A program made the translations under genes and the position numbers. From Epiperipatus broadwayi (lineage: Eukaryota; Animalia; Onychophora), in NCBI GenBank assembly GCA_028023455.1, contig JAQFVV010000001.1, positions 15,438,001 to 15,502,000 on the forward strand: DNA of 64,000 bases. The letters are read 5' to 3'. The notes under the pieces were generated by a model. It made no database searches. It was given only the letters and a program-made list of their open reading frames with translations, and had not been told where the DNA came from. Below, piece by piece: positions 1-11,959 of the stretch. How positions within the stretch are numbered: position 1 is the first letter of the stretch; every line of letters starts with the position of its first letter.

Positions 1-1465
1 AAAGTCTGGATTCAAATTCCCCCTAATTATTATTATATTATTTATTATATCATAAAGATACGAACGACTTAATAGAAAGTATTAATGATTTTCTTTAAAT
101 TTTACTATCCAACAAGATTATATACGTATGTTTAGCAGTATTTGGAAAAGTTATTATATTTTTGTAGGTGCTTACAGTTAGTTAGCTTATTGCAGATAAC
201 TAGCATGAGATGAAACAGAAAATTTCTTATTTAGTTCCATTAACTGACATAGTGAGTTCTTTTTTAAGCAGTTAGCAATTGAGTTTCAAGTAATTTCTTT
301 TAATTTAGATTCAATGGAGTTGAGTCTACCAATAAAAATATAAAAAAAATATGTTAGTTGCTTCGGAGATCATGCAAATTTCAAATACCTAAGTAGCAGA
401 TTGCATGTAATAGCTCCATTCAATTGTTCAAACAAAGGTTGTTTTTTTTTTTTTTAAAAAAAAACTTTAATTGAGAATAAATGAGGAAGCCATGGTGACT
501 ACAGTTATACTAAACAACATAGGCATTCTATTAATTAAAACAATCAGTTTTTATTATTATTATTATTATTCATCTTTCATATAGCTTATTTATGTTCAAT
601 TTTATTTTCAAGTTTTGAAATCTTATTTTTTTCTTTGAAATAATAACAATTTTTCCAGATATAACAATAGCTGAATTTGATTTTCCTAGACCCAACTGGA
701 GTCTCAACAATACTATGGTGCTTTCATTCATCAGCTTCATAAACAGAATTTATTAGCCACCAATCTAAGTAAATGTGGGCAAATACTAACTATGAACCAC
801 AAAGTTGATGACTGTTGAATTGATGGATTTAATAAAGCCAGTGATGATTCTATCTCCTGTTTGCAATGTTTACAGATTCGTTTATTATATTTTACTAATA
901 GTTAAGCTGTAAAAAAAAAATCTATATGTTAAATAATTGTACAACATGCTAAATCTCTCTGCTTCAAAAAGTAAAAGCTTTATGAATAGGAAGTTTACAA
1001 AATAAAACATTTCATATTGCTTATGCTTAAAAAAATTCTTGCTTACAGCCAAAAAATTCCAGAATGATTTAAAAATGTTATGCAGGATAGGGGAGAAGTA
1101 AAATTTATAGTAAAAAAAATATTTTAAAAACAAATGCACGTAGAATTGCAAATGATTTGTAGAATTACCTGATATTTAGTGCTTCTACCCAACATATTCA
1201 CATTTTTAATGATAAAGATTTCAAGCATGCTGACTTAGCAGATTGATTAAAACTACTAGCAGTACTTCATATTTATAAAAATGTAATTTTTCTATTAATA
1301 ATTTAACCTACTTTAAGTTCCAAAAACAACTATAATGAAACCTTAAATATTAATATTATTTGAAATATAAAACATTCATTTGTCAACTTAATAGTAAATT
1401 GCCACCATGTAAAATGCCTTGTAATAGATGATAATACTCAAAATAAATATTTTCAGTTTAGTCAA

Positions 1466-1538
1466 GCATTGGTGGTCGAGAGATGAGCGACAGCTGCTTT
1501 ACAAACAGTTGTCCCAGGTTCGCTTCCTCGCTGATGCT
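1466..1538 (+). tRNA. tRNA-Gly(TCC)-derived pseudogene, anticodon now TAC
   Basis: Folds into a cloverleaf: acceptor GCATTGG/CTGATGC, D stem GTCG/CGAC, anticodon arm GCTGC-TTTACAA-ACAGT, 4-nt variable loop, T arm CCAGG-TTCGCTT-CCTCG. The body matches the metazoan Gly-TCC pattern (GCTGC CT TCC AA GCAGT TGAC CCGGG TTCGATT). Defects: no D-loop GG, C.A and C.C stem mismatches, A58 changed to C. A T-run lies about 24 nt downstream. Confidence 0.75.
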
Positions 1539-1680
1539 ATGACACATGAAGAAAAAAAAAATTTTTTTCAGTTTAATTCTTTGAGTGTGGGGTGGAGGCT
1601 AAAAATTGATCCTGTAAATGACAAATATGAAGATAAAAATGTTTCAGAAATCCTAATATTCTTAATGTTTAGAGCTCTCA

Positions 1681-1711
<31 letters not shown>

Positions 1712-3749
1712 TAACAATATTAAACAAAATTGTTCATGACTTTGAAAAATATTAATTCAATAAAATTATAACTAAATTTCAGTTATGGACAAAAATCATA
1801 GTCTAATTAAAATAAAAATATAAATAAGACAAATGTTTTACCACAATTTTTTGTTAATTTAATAATTTGAATAATTAAATATATTTACAATAAAAATTTA
1901 CAATCTATTACTTTTCAAAACAAACATACTTTTCAATTATTAATCCAGAGCTAAAATATTTATGTAAATGAGATGATAATGATTGTGCTAATACTTTTCA
2001 ATTTATTTCTTTTAATGACAAAATAATAAATTAAAATAATACGGATTTACTAGCAATGTTGTTGAAAACATTCAATAAAATAGTAGCAATATTTAATAAA
2101 ATAATTTAAAATTACAAATAAAGCTTTAAATATGATTAAAAGTATTAATTCTTCTGAAAATATAATTATTAAAAACATTAAAATAATATTTCTATTTATG
2201 TACTTGTTATTCTCATTTATTTTAATTCTAAGAATTTGAATCTATATAAATAATATCTTTATTTTTGGCTGTTTTCAGTATCCATCAACTTTTAGGCATA
2301 TTTAAAATGGGGGAAAGGAATATTATTGTGACATGTGGATTTTAAATTTATGAGTTATTTTTATATGATCTTATAATGCTAAATATTTATTACTAACATT
2401 GAGGTGTGGGTTCATCAATTACTATCTCTTAAACTGCTTTTGAAATCCATTTACTTTATGACTATTACTATTATGACATCTGACTTTCTAATTTTAACCC
2501 CAATAATGTACTTTTTGTTGCTATTATAATCTGATGAATTAACTCTCAGTATATTATTTGTTATCAATGATGATTTTCCGAATAAGCTTCACCTATTATG
2601 ATTTTAATAATGTGAAAGTAACATCTTGGATTGTATTTGAAATTCATCTACTTTATGCTTACAAAATGACATCAGAGCTTCTTACTTCTAACCACAAGGA
2701 ATTTCTTGAATCATCTTTGATAATTGATGAATGAGTTCTGAGTATATACAATTTACTAATTTCTTTAATGATACTCAGACAACATTTGTGTATTATTTAT
2801 GTGATGTATTTATTATTGTTTTACATGCTTTTAGATTTATTAATTATTATGTCTAGCTCTGAAAATATCTGTAAACTATTGTAAATTTCACCAGTAATTT
2901 ATTTTTATTATTTAAAATAAATGTAAGTTTATCTTTATAATTGTAAATAAACTATTTTTTTTTAAAAAAAAAACAACAATATACATGCAATAATAGATAT
3001 CCTTATTAATTTTACGTTATTGGTATACTCCCCCCTTCCAATAAAAGAATTATTTTGAATTATGAAGATATTTATTCATAAATGCAATTATAAAAGTAAT
3101 AAAAACATTTAATTCATGCTTATACTATTACTGCTTCCTGCTTTAGTTCTTTGCTCTTTTTATCATTCTTCTCATCAAGCAATAACCTACTGATAATCAC
3201 AAATTCAATCTGTTGAATCCAATATATATAAAAAATATAAAGCAGGATGTCATTTGAAAAAGAGCAATGTTTGTTATTTTATCCAGAATTTCTTTACTTG
3301 CATAGTATATAAAATTTATCATTTAAATAACAGTAATAGGTATCATTTTAAATAAATGAGCTGATACTAGAATAGGTTCAAGACAGTGACTATATTTAGA
3401 GTCATAAAAACATTTCTAGGTGCATTTTATGAAGACAATTATATAATTTGAATTACATTGTGAGAAAATGGACATACATAATTGAGGAGATAAATGTGAA
3501 ATATTTTGCAATTGGTACAGAAACTTTACTAATCAAAAACAACTAAGCAGCATAGAAAAATATTTTCTTTCATGAAAGAATAGATAGGTTATCAGTTAAG
3601 ATAAGACTAGTATATGTATAGTTGTTTCTGTGCAAGTTATTTTTTATTTAAATAAATAAGAAATCTGAATTATTTTGATGTACACATACATTTAAAATAA
3701 AAGTTGTTCAAAATTTCACTCTCACATTTAAATATATAAATGTACTTAC

Positions 3750-4710
3750 TATAACGGTCAGGGGTTTTTTTGGTATCACTGTATCTGCCGTACAAGGGCA
3801 CCACCAGGCCATTCGAACCTGGAAAATTTATATAGTAGGCAGATACTTATCGTAAGATCCATAATTTAAATAAATCCGACCGAAATGCCCCAGTCACTAG
3901 CTCGCGGAGCAGCAGAGATAATATATATTTTAATTTTAAAGAAATAAAGATAATAAAAAATAAGAATAAGTCACTGTCAGATTAACAATACAAAGAAACA
4001 TTTATTTTGCACATATATAAAATTTAGAATTATTTACTTTTGTATAACTTTAACTTTAGAATTTAATTTAAATTTTAACTTTTGATTTTATAAATTCGCA
4101 CAGATGAATTCTTTAATATTTTATTAGTGTCGAGTATGGATAGACTACACAGATTGCACTCGAAAAAGAAAATATTCTATATCCCTTATTTAACCTTAGG
4201 CCAAAAGTTCGCAGTCAAACTAACGCCAATCCATCTGATATATCGATGTATTCAATGCAACTTGTATATGACAGCACAATACTGTACTGTCAGAAATGTA
4301 TATTTGAACAGCGTGGTTATAGAAGAAATTGTCCCTCATCCAGTATAGGAATGCTATGTCTGTCTGGCGAGAAGAACAATACAAAAAAAAAAAACTCCAT
4401 AGGAAGGGATTGCGGTCCTTTTTGCCATCTTACTATCCCATTCCATAGGCTAAAGGGGTGATCCAAGGAGCAGGGAATACCATCTGCTTCCGATGGTCAG
4501 TAAGAAATGGGACTTATTTTGCCCAAGTGCGGCGTATAATGTGATCCTGCACGTAGTAGATCATGCTACATTTACTAATTACATCAATACATCCAACCCA
4601 TTGTCCCAATTTAACTGCGAAACAAATAACCTAAGATCAACCCTCCCTTTAATTAAACTAACATAACTTTATGATCTATGCAGCCGTCCACACCCGACTT
4701 AAATTTAACA
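3750..4710 (-). mobile_element. Putative LTR of a decayed LTR retrotransposon
   Basis: CpG-retaining block. On the minus strand it reads TGTTAAA...GACCGTTATA, close to TG...CA LTR termini. No clean TSD (cttac/gttat), and the right boundary is uncertain. Confidence 0.35.
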
Positions 4711-4919
4711 GTTATTAAAAGTTTAGGTTAACAGAAAAAAATCATAATAAACACTTAAAAGAATGGAAAAAATAAATTAATGGAAATGATTTAAAAAAAA
4801 AATACATTCAATAAAAATAATTATTAATAAATGATTTAGTTTGGCCAGATAGGAATTTCTATTTCTATTTAAATACTGGGAAAGTTTTATAATTAAAGTT
4901 CATTAGTTATATAAAGTTC

Positions 4920-5370
4920 TTACGGTCCATACTTAATAGTTGCTTGTAATTTGGATCCAGTGTTAATTCCCACGACATCCTGGGGAGACTGGTATGCTGT
5001 TCGCCATTCTATTGGTATTCATCTGGAGATCCTTTACTCTAGCTGGTATAGTTCTTTGCTTGATTTTATTGCAGGACCTTGGTGTCCTGGGGGCCGCAAT
5101 ATAGGAAAATGATATTTCTTTTTTTTTATAAAAAAACTGAAGGGATTGAAAGTGCGTCTTTTCAATCCTTTCTCCTTCAACTCTCCCAGACTTAACACAT
5201 ATAGCACACATAATAATTTATTTCCAATCTTTTCCTTTTTATATTAAAATTGCGGATTAACTGGACATGACATCATGATGATGATGATTCTTTCGCTGTG
5301 GTCCATTTCCAGAGGGATTTTTTTATTGGCTATTCTGTTTTTATTGTTTTTCTCTCCTATATGACCTTTA
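4920..5370 (-). pseudogene. Possible gag/pol remnant of an LTR retrotransposon
   Basis: Minus frames give CAICVKSGRVEGER (CX2CX4HX4C spacing with H and the last C lost), then VVGINTGSKLQATIKYGP, which resembles either a DTGS protease site or a gypsy integrase GPY/F tail. Contains stops and frameshifts. Confidence 0.3.
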
Positions 5371-6189
5371 GTTATAAATTTTGAAATGCCCAAGGGCTAG
5401 TTTACTTAAGACTAATTAAAAATAATGATTTCCATTTTTAGCCTTTTTACACAATAGAATTAATTTAATTTTGTATATTTTTAAAGATATATTTTTATCT
5501 TTAAATCTTTAAGTTTTTTTCTTAAACTTTAGTTTTAAAATACTTTTTTCTTTTTTTAATAATTTTTCCATCTGTGCAATTTTATATATATGAGTTTAGA
5601 TGACTTAATTTTTAAAAACAAATTTTTATATGTGAACTTTTTCTTTTTACTTTCTAATTTTATTTATTATAATAATGTAACAGCATGTGTGCCCTTACAT
5701 TACATACATATTTTTTTCACATTACAAGAATGTATGCTACTTACTAATAAATTAAATTCATTAACTGTTCAAAGAATGTTAGCCAAATTACCTATATAAA
5801 TATATTGTAACTATAAATAACTCTGCCAAGTGTGGTATTGCCTGATATTACAAATTAATCTAAGTAAGGAGACAAACTAAATACTTTAAAGTAATAAAAG
5901 AAGCAAAAATAGGTAAGATGCTCTAGATTGACGATATATTTTGTTTTAAAATAAATATGTAAATTTAAAAAAAAATATAAGTTAACTATAAATATATAAG
6001 TAAACTAGTTAAATAAAATCACAAACTAAAAGATTTGTAAAATTACACATTCTAAAAATTACAGGTTTAGTTATTTTGCAAAGGTTGTAATAAATAAATA
6101 TTTAGATATTGCATTCTCTGATTTATAAAATATTAGTTTAGGAAGGAATACAGAATAAACAATTTATATCTTCTTATAAAAAAAAGAGG

Positions 6190-6880
6190 AAAATATGGAT
6201 AAGAAATATCTACTAAATCATTCATCTCATTTTTATATTTACAATGTAGATAACTATTCTGGGAGGGGGAGAGATCTTTGCGATATCATTAAAGCACCTG
6301 AAAATACCACCTTCACTTAATGTCTAAGTCTTCACTCAATCCAATCCTTTAAAATTCAAAAACTAAACATTTTGTCCCCACTCCAATCTTTTCCTTACAA
6401 AATACTTAAAAATTACTCTCACAGATTGGTGACCTCCAAGTAGGGATTTGTTAGAAGGATTATGGAGATCACTAATAGAGATTAAAGACCTAACATTTAT
6501 ACCTCCCCAATACAAATTTACATACTGGATAGTTTACAAATTATTTTACACCAATGCTTAGTATTAACAATAGACAATTGCTTAGAAAGTTGATATTATA
6601 AAAAAAATGAAACTGAAGTATTTCGACTTTGTTTAAAATAAATGAGTGGGCATTGCCTACTTTACATTTCATGTAGATGATACATTAATAATAGATCCAA
6701 TATGTTTACTTTGTTACAAGGAAGATGAAACCCAATATCACTTATTCTATATTTGCCATAGACTTGATCAAATAAGTCTTTAATACTAATAATATACAGA
6801 AATCCAACTACTTTCATCAAATCTCTTGTGAATACTGTTACTAGAAGTCTTTTCCCAAGCATTCGCTTGTGCTGTCAAAT
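6190..6880 (+). mobile_element. Decayed 3' part of an L1/Tx1-like ORF2
   Basis: Pieces ILWEGERSL, LKYFDF and IDPICLLCYKEDETQYHLFYIC align with LFWKGKTVA, AKYLDF and IDPTCSICMNSDETLEHLFSQC of the 62781-63932 ORF. Confidence 0.7.
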
Positions 6881-7059
6881 TTATATTTTATTCCATATAG
6901 TACAAAGGATGCATATATATATATATACACAATAATAATAAAATACACCAAAATATTTTTAATAATAAAATAGAATAAATAAGACTGAAAAAAATAAGAT
7001 TGCTTCATCAGATATTTTTGTGGCCACCGAAAGAAAAAAAATATAAGAATGATCCAAGC

Positions 7060-8155
7060 AGGACAATATTATACTAGTATTTATAAATAAAATAGAAATT
7101 CATATAACATTACAGTAAAACAAAATTTTACTAAAATTCTTCCACAACTATGATTTCATCTATTAACAAATAGACCTTTTCAAGTGAAATTCAACTAAAC
7201 ACACCACATATATAAATAAAACAAAATAGCCTTCCCATCATTCACTTCAAAACCTAACTTCCTTTAACATCAAAGGATATCTTCATGAGATTAATGACTT
7301 CAGATTCAAAAAATTTTATCATCTACTCTTATGGGCTTTAATTCCTTTATTAAGACTTAATGTGCTCTGACCTATATAAATTTTATGACAGCTATAAGAA
7401 ATCTTATAAACTACCTCAGGAATAGATTTGCTATCAATTGACTGTTTTGAAATATTTAATAATGAATTTAAACTCAGGCCTTTCTTCCGGGTGACTTTCA
7501 TATCACCCAAGAAAAAACTATTCTTAAATTAGTAAGTTAATTTATAATAATAGTTTTTTTATTGAGTGATATAAAAGTGGTCTGGAAGAAAGATTTGAGT
7601 TTAAATTCATTATCAAATAGTTCTAAACAATCAATTGATTGCATATCTATACCTGGAGTAGTTTATAAGATTCCTTAAAGTTGTCATAAAATCTATATAG
7701 GTCAGAATAAATTAAGTCTTAATGAAGGAGCTGAAGTCCATAAGGGTAGAGTTAAAAATAGATATAACTCAGCTTTGTCTATTAATAAACTAAATACAGA
7801 TCATAAAATATTATTTGACAATGCAGAGATTATCTTTTATGAAAAAAGTCAATTGAAAAGAAGAGTAAAAGAAATTTTGATGATAATTTTTTTGAATATG
7901 AAGTCATCAATCTCACCAAGATATCCTTTGATGTTAAAGGAAATTAGATTTTGAAGTGAACGATGGGAAGGCTATTTTGTTTTGTGTGTGTATATATATG
8001 GTATGTTTAGTTTAATTTCACGTGACAAGGTCTATTTGTGAAATAGATGAAACCATAGTTGCAGAAAAATTTTAGTAAATTTTTTTTTTTTGACTAGTAT
8101 TGTAATGTTATAGGAATTTTTGTTTTAATATACATTATGTAAATACTGATCCTTG
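7060..8155. mobile_element. Penelope-like head-to-head palindrome (arms about 7060-7527 minus, 7545-8155 plus)
   Basis: The arms are reverse complements. Both encode a GIY-YIG C-terminus (IPGVVYKIP*SCHKIYIGQNKLSLNE; IPEVVYKISYSCHKIYIGQSTLSLNK) followed by a degenerate HHR (7140-7189 minus, 8016-8066 plus). The left arm lacks about 140 bp. Confidence 0.85.
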
Positions 8156-9719
8156 TAATTTATGAAAAAAATGTGTTTATTTTAGTTATGTAATTTTGCC
8201 TATGTATATTTAAATTAAGGAATAAAATTTACTTTGAAACATAATATAGAATTAAAGATGTATAAAATACTCTAAGTTTCTAAATGTCAGAAACAAATTT
8301 TTATACTTAAAATAACATAAAAAAAAAGTGTTTTTTTTTTTATTTAAAATAAATATATTTGATGGTTTAATTAAAATTAAATACAATAATCAGATGTTGA
8401 TTGAAAACAGTTAATAAGTGGTAATTATCAGATTAAAATGAAACAAGAATAAAAAACAAACAAAAAAAATAATTAATGGTATAAATTATTATATCAAAAT
8501 GAGATAAGAACAAAGAAAAAACAACAGAAAAGAAACTAAAGCTGAGGTTGATGGGAAGATATGATCTCATTATGCATTGGCTTAGCTATGTATACCTATC
8601 TGATTGAAAAAAAAGATGATGTTGACTGAGAGATAAAGTACACATAAAGGCTATTGTATAGCTAAAAGAATAAAAAAAAAATTATCAATACATGGAAAGA
8701 TTTAGAATTGTAGCATGTTTTTGCTGCCAAAATTCAGTGGAAAAATATAGCTGTTAATTTTCAGTGTTACTTTAAATACAGCTATAATATCAAATTGTTG
8801 GATGATGGAAACTATCAAAGCTGAAATCATCAGAAATTCATCAGCTTCTACAACGAACTACTAGCCTTCCAAAATACCCTGTGGAGATTTTTAAAATAAT
8901 AATACTATAAGATATAGTTTTATCTGACAAAGGTTCTTGAAAAAAATGATTCTCAACACTAAGAAATTAAAATTTTCATGCAGAAGTCAATGCAAATCAA
9001 TCAACATTTGTAATTGGAAGTGATTTGAACTCAGACTTTCAAACTCCCTACATCTATCCATTCCATCTTATGCAACGGATTCAAATCCCTTCTAATTACA
9101 TTAATTTCAATATAGACAATATACTTGTATTTAAAATATTACAATCAATATTTATAAATATCATACAGGACAAATGCAGAATGACAAACTATTGGTAAGG
9201 TATACCTATGGTTAATAGGAAGCTTAGTAAATTATCAAAAAAGTCACCATAAGACCTTTTTTTAGTTTTGTATATATGCAAATAAGAAGCCTCTATAATT
9301 TATTTAATTTTCATTATGATATATATATATATTACTTATTGTATGCATAACCAGAATTTTTTTAAATATATGTAATTACAAATATTACAGGAGAATGTAC
9401 ATATTCTATGTTATTTGTTACTCATATATTATTATCATATACACATTTTTATAAGAATTATTTGTATAGGAAATAATATAAAGAGGAGGGATATGTGTGT
9501 TGGAAATAAAGAGTCTTTAAGAATAATGACCCATATTTTGATATATATACTCCCAAGAATCTAACAATATCTAGGTAAATTGATATTTGCAATCATAAAC
9601 AACAATCAAGATTATTTTGAAAAAGAGTTTTATTATCTAAATTATCTGCACATTCTCATCTCATTAGTCTCACTTTGAATGTGGACATAAACAATTCCTA
9701 CTGATACTGAAAAATACTA

Positions 9720-9890
9720 AGCTGGAGCAATGCAGTAATGTTGACATTGTAAAAAATTGGGATGATGTTGCTACAAGGTATTCTGTCCATAGATGTTCTC
9801 TGTGTTCAAAGATATAATGTAGTTCAAATCACCATAAAAAATGGTTGTGGATGAGAAGAAACATGATTCCCTGAGGAATGATTTGATATA
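9720..9890 (+). pseudogene. Possible decayed LINE ORF1 zinc-knuckle region
   Basis: Q*C*HCKKLG, RCSLCS and CG*EE fragments at knuckle-like spacing; heavily mutated. Confidence 0.2.
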
Positions 9891-11959
9891 TGGTGTTTAG
9901 GAAATATATCCTAAGTATCTCGTATCTTATAATTATATGTGATACATGATTTACTTATCAGCAGCCACATCAATCTTAATTAAGACTAAAAAATTTAAAT
10001 TTTTATTATACTTCTTTATAATTGTTAATAAAAGTGTTAAAATGAATGGCTTATGTTACGAAGAGAATTTATCCATATGCATGGAGTTGTTTATCTGTCT
10101 ACTTATGTATGAATCATCAATTCAGATATCGTCCAGTTTCCCAATACTATATATTAAATAAATTATCCTTTAAGATTGATCTTCATCAATTCTGTAAATA
10201 AATAAATGATTATTGTTTTTATATCTATAAAAAATGTTTCAGCTTAAGTATATATAAATAGAGGATTTTTTCCTACCTAAATTAACATCCCGTGACACAA
10301 ATTCATAGATTAATAGCAAACTATACTTCATTATAACTCTGCTTAACAAACATCACCTTATGTTGAATTTCTCTTATTCAAAATCCTATTTGAAGCAGCT
10401 ACTTAAATTTAAAAAAAAAATTACTTGGTTAATTTCCTAATCCTTACTTAATGTTTTTCACTGCAACATTCTTTGACTTTTTTTCTCTCGTTTATTTTTA
10501 GATCAACATTCTAATAAGTATTAGCTTAACATTAAAAAAAAAAAAAAAATTGAGCATGGCATGCATAAAAATTTGGATTCAGATTACACCTAACAAGTCA
10601 GCATGCAATTTCAGAGCTAACAATTCAAAATCTAAAATAATTAAAGTTAGTTTAAAATCACATAAACAATATGCCTTAGAAAAAAAGTGGTAGTAGACAT
10701 TACTTATTCATTGGATTCATCAGGGATGTGAAATTACCATCACAACAATTTTCCTGATCATTATTATTTATACCTAAATATAAAACAATCCATATATATT
10801 TTACATATATATATAGGGTTGAAGCTACTGATTGAAGTATTGAAACGACTAAAATTTCATTAAAAATGCAACTATTTTTCAATGTATCTTGTATATTGGA
10901 TTAAATTGTAAATAAATAAATGTGCAATATTTCTTTAAATTAAGACAAGATATTGATAACAGTTTTAAGATTTTAACATGATACACAGAAAATATCAGTT
11001 TTTATCATATATATCTTCAATGTTTTAGATTCCAGTATATTTATAATAAAAAGTAACTAAATGGAATAGTATGACCTAGTCAGAGAAAATAATTAAGATG
11101 GAAATTGATATTTTACATTTTAAGTAAAAGTTAAAACCATGGATTCAACATCTATAAGTTTGTGATATCTCTCTCACCACTGGTGAAAGCTGCATTATTA
11201 ATTGTAGATAGTTTTATAATCATTTATAGTAGTGGTAGCTTCCATATGACTAACAGAACAAGATTCTTAACAAACAGTATTGGTGAGCTTTATTTCATGA
11301 AAAAAAAAAAAAAAAAGAACAAACAAAATATCTACAAAAAATAAAATAAAAATCAACTGAAGTACTGGATACAAGAATACCTACCACTTTATACCTCATA
11401 ATGAATCTTCAAAGTGATTAACCAGAAGCAGAATTACTAACATACAATTGTATTTTACTTCTAATTTTATCTATACTTTGAATCATTTATTTCAGAAAAT
11501 AATAAAATGGAATATTTATTGAAAGTATTAAAATAAATCATAAAAAATTATAAAACTTAAAATATCTAAAAAAAGAAAAAATTTTTCAATTTGGTTTTTT
11601 TAAAAAAAAGGCAGCTGAATAATGCTTTTCTCAATTTTATTATATTTTGATTAGTATTTAATTTTAAATCTTTAAATACTCAAAGAAAAATAAATTGAAA
11701 AGTGCACTGTAAGCCGTTTATATTCAACTTTGAAAATATTTCTTTTATTATCAACAATGTCCATATAATTTCACATTTATTATTTACATATTAATGAATT
11801 TACTGTTTCATACTTGGAGCATTAGATTTGAAAAAAGAAGATAATTAAATGGAAAAAATATACTGAGTCATTACTAAGTAACTTCTGTCAAACAGAGATT
11901 CTGCATATTTTATTAATATATCTACTCTTTTCTTCAAGTTTCATAAAATATTATATACA

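Noticed and set aside
715-745. Hammerhead on the minus strand (CTGATGA-AT-GAAA)
   Set aside because: Stem II is absent and there is no convincing stem I or stem III pairing.
8830-8870. Two adjacent minus-strand CTGATGA motifs as hammerheads
   Set aside because: No downstream GAAA core or closing stems.
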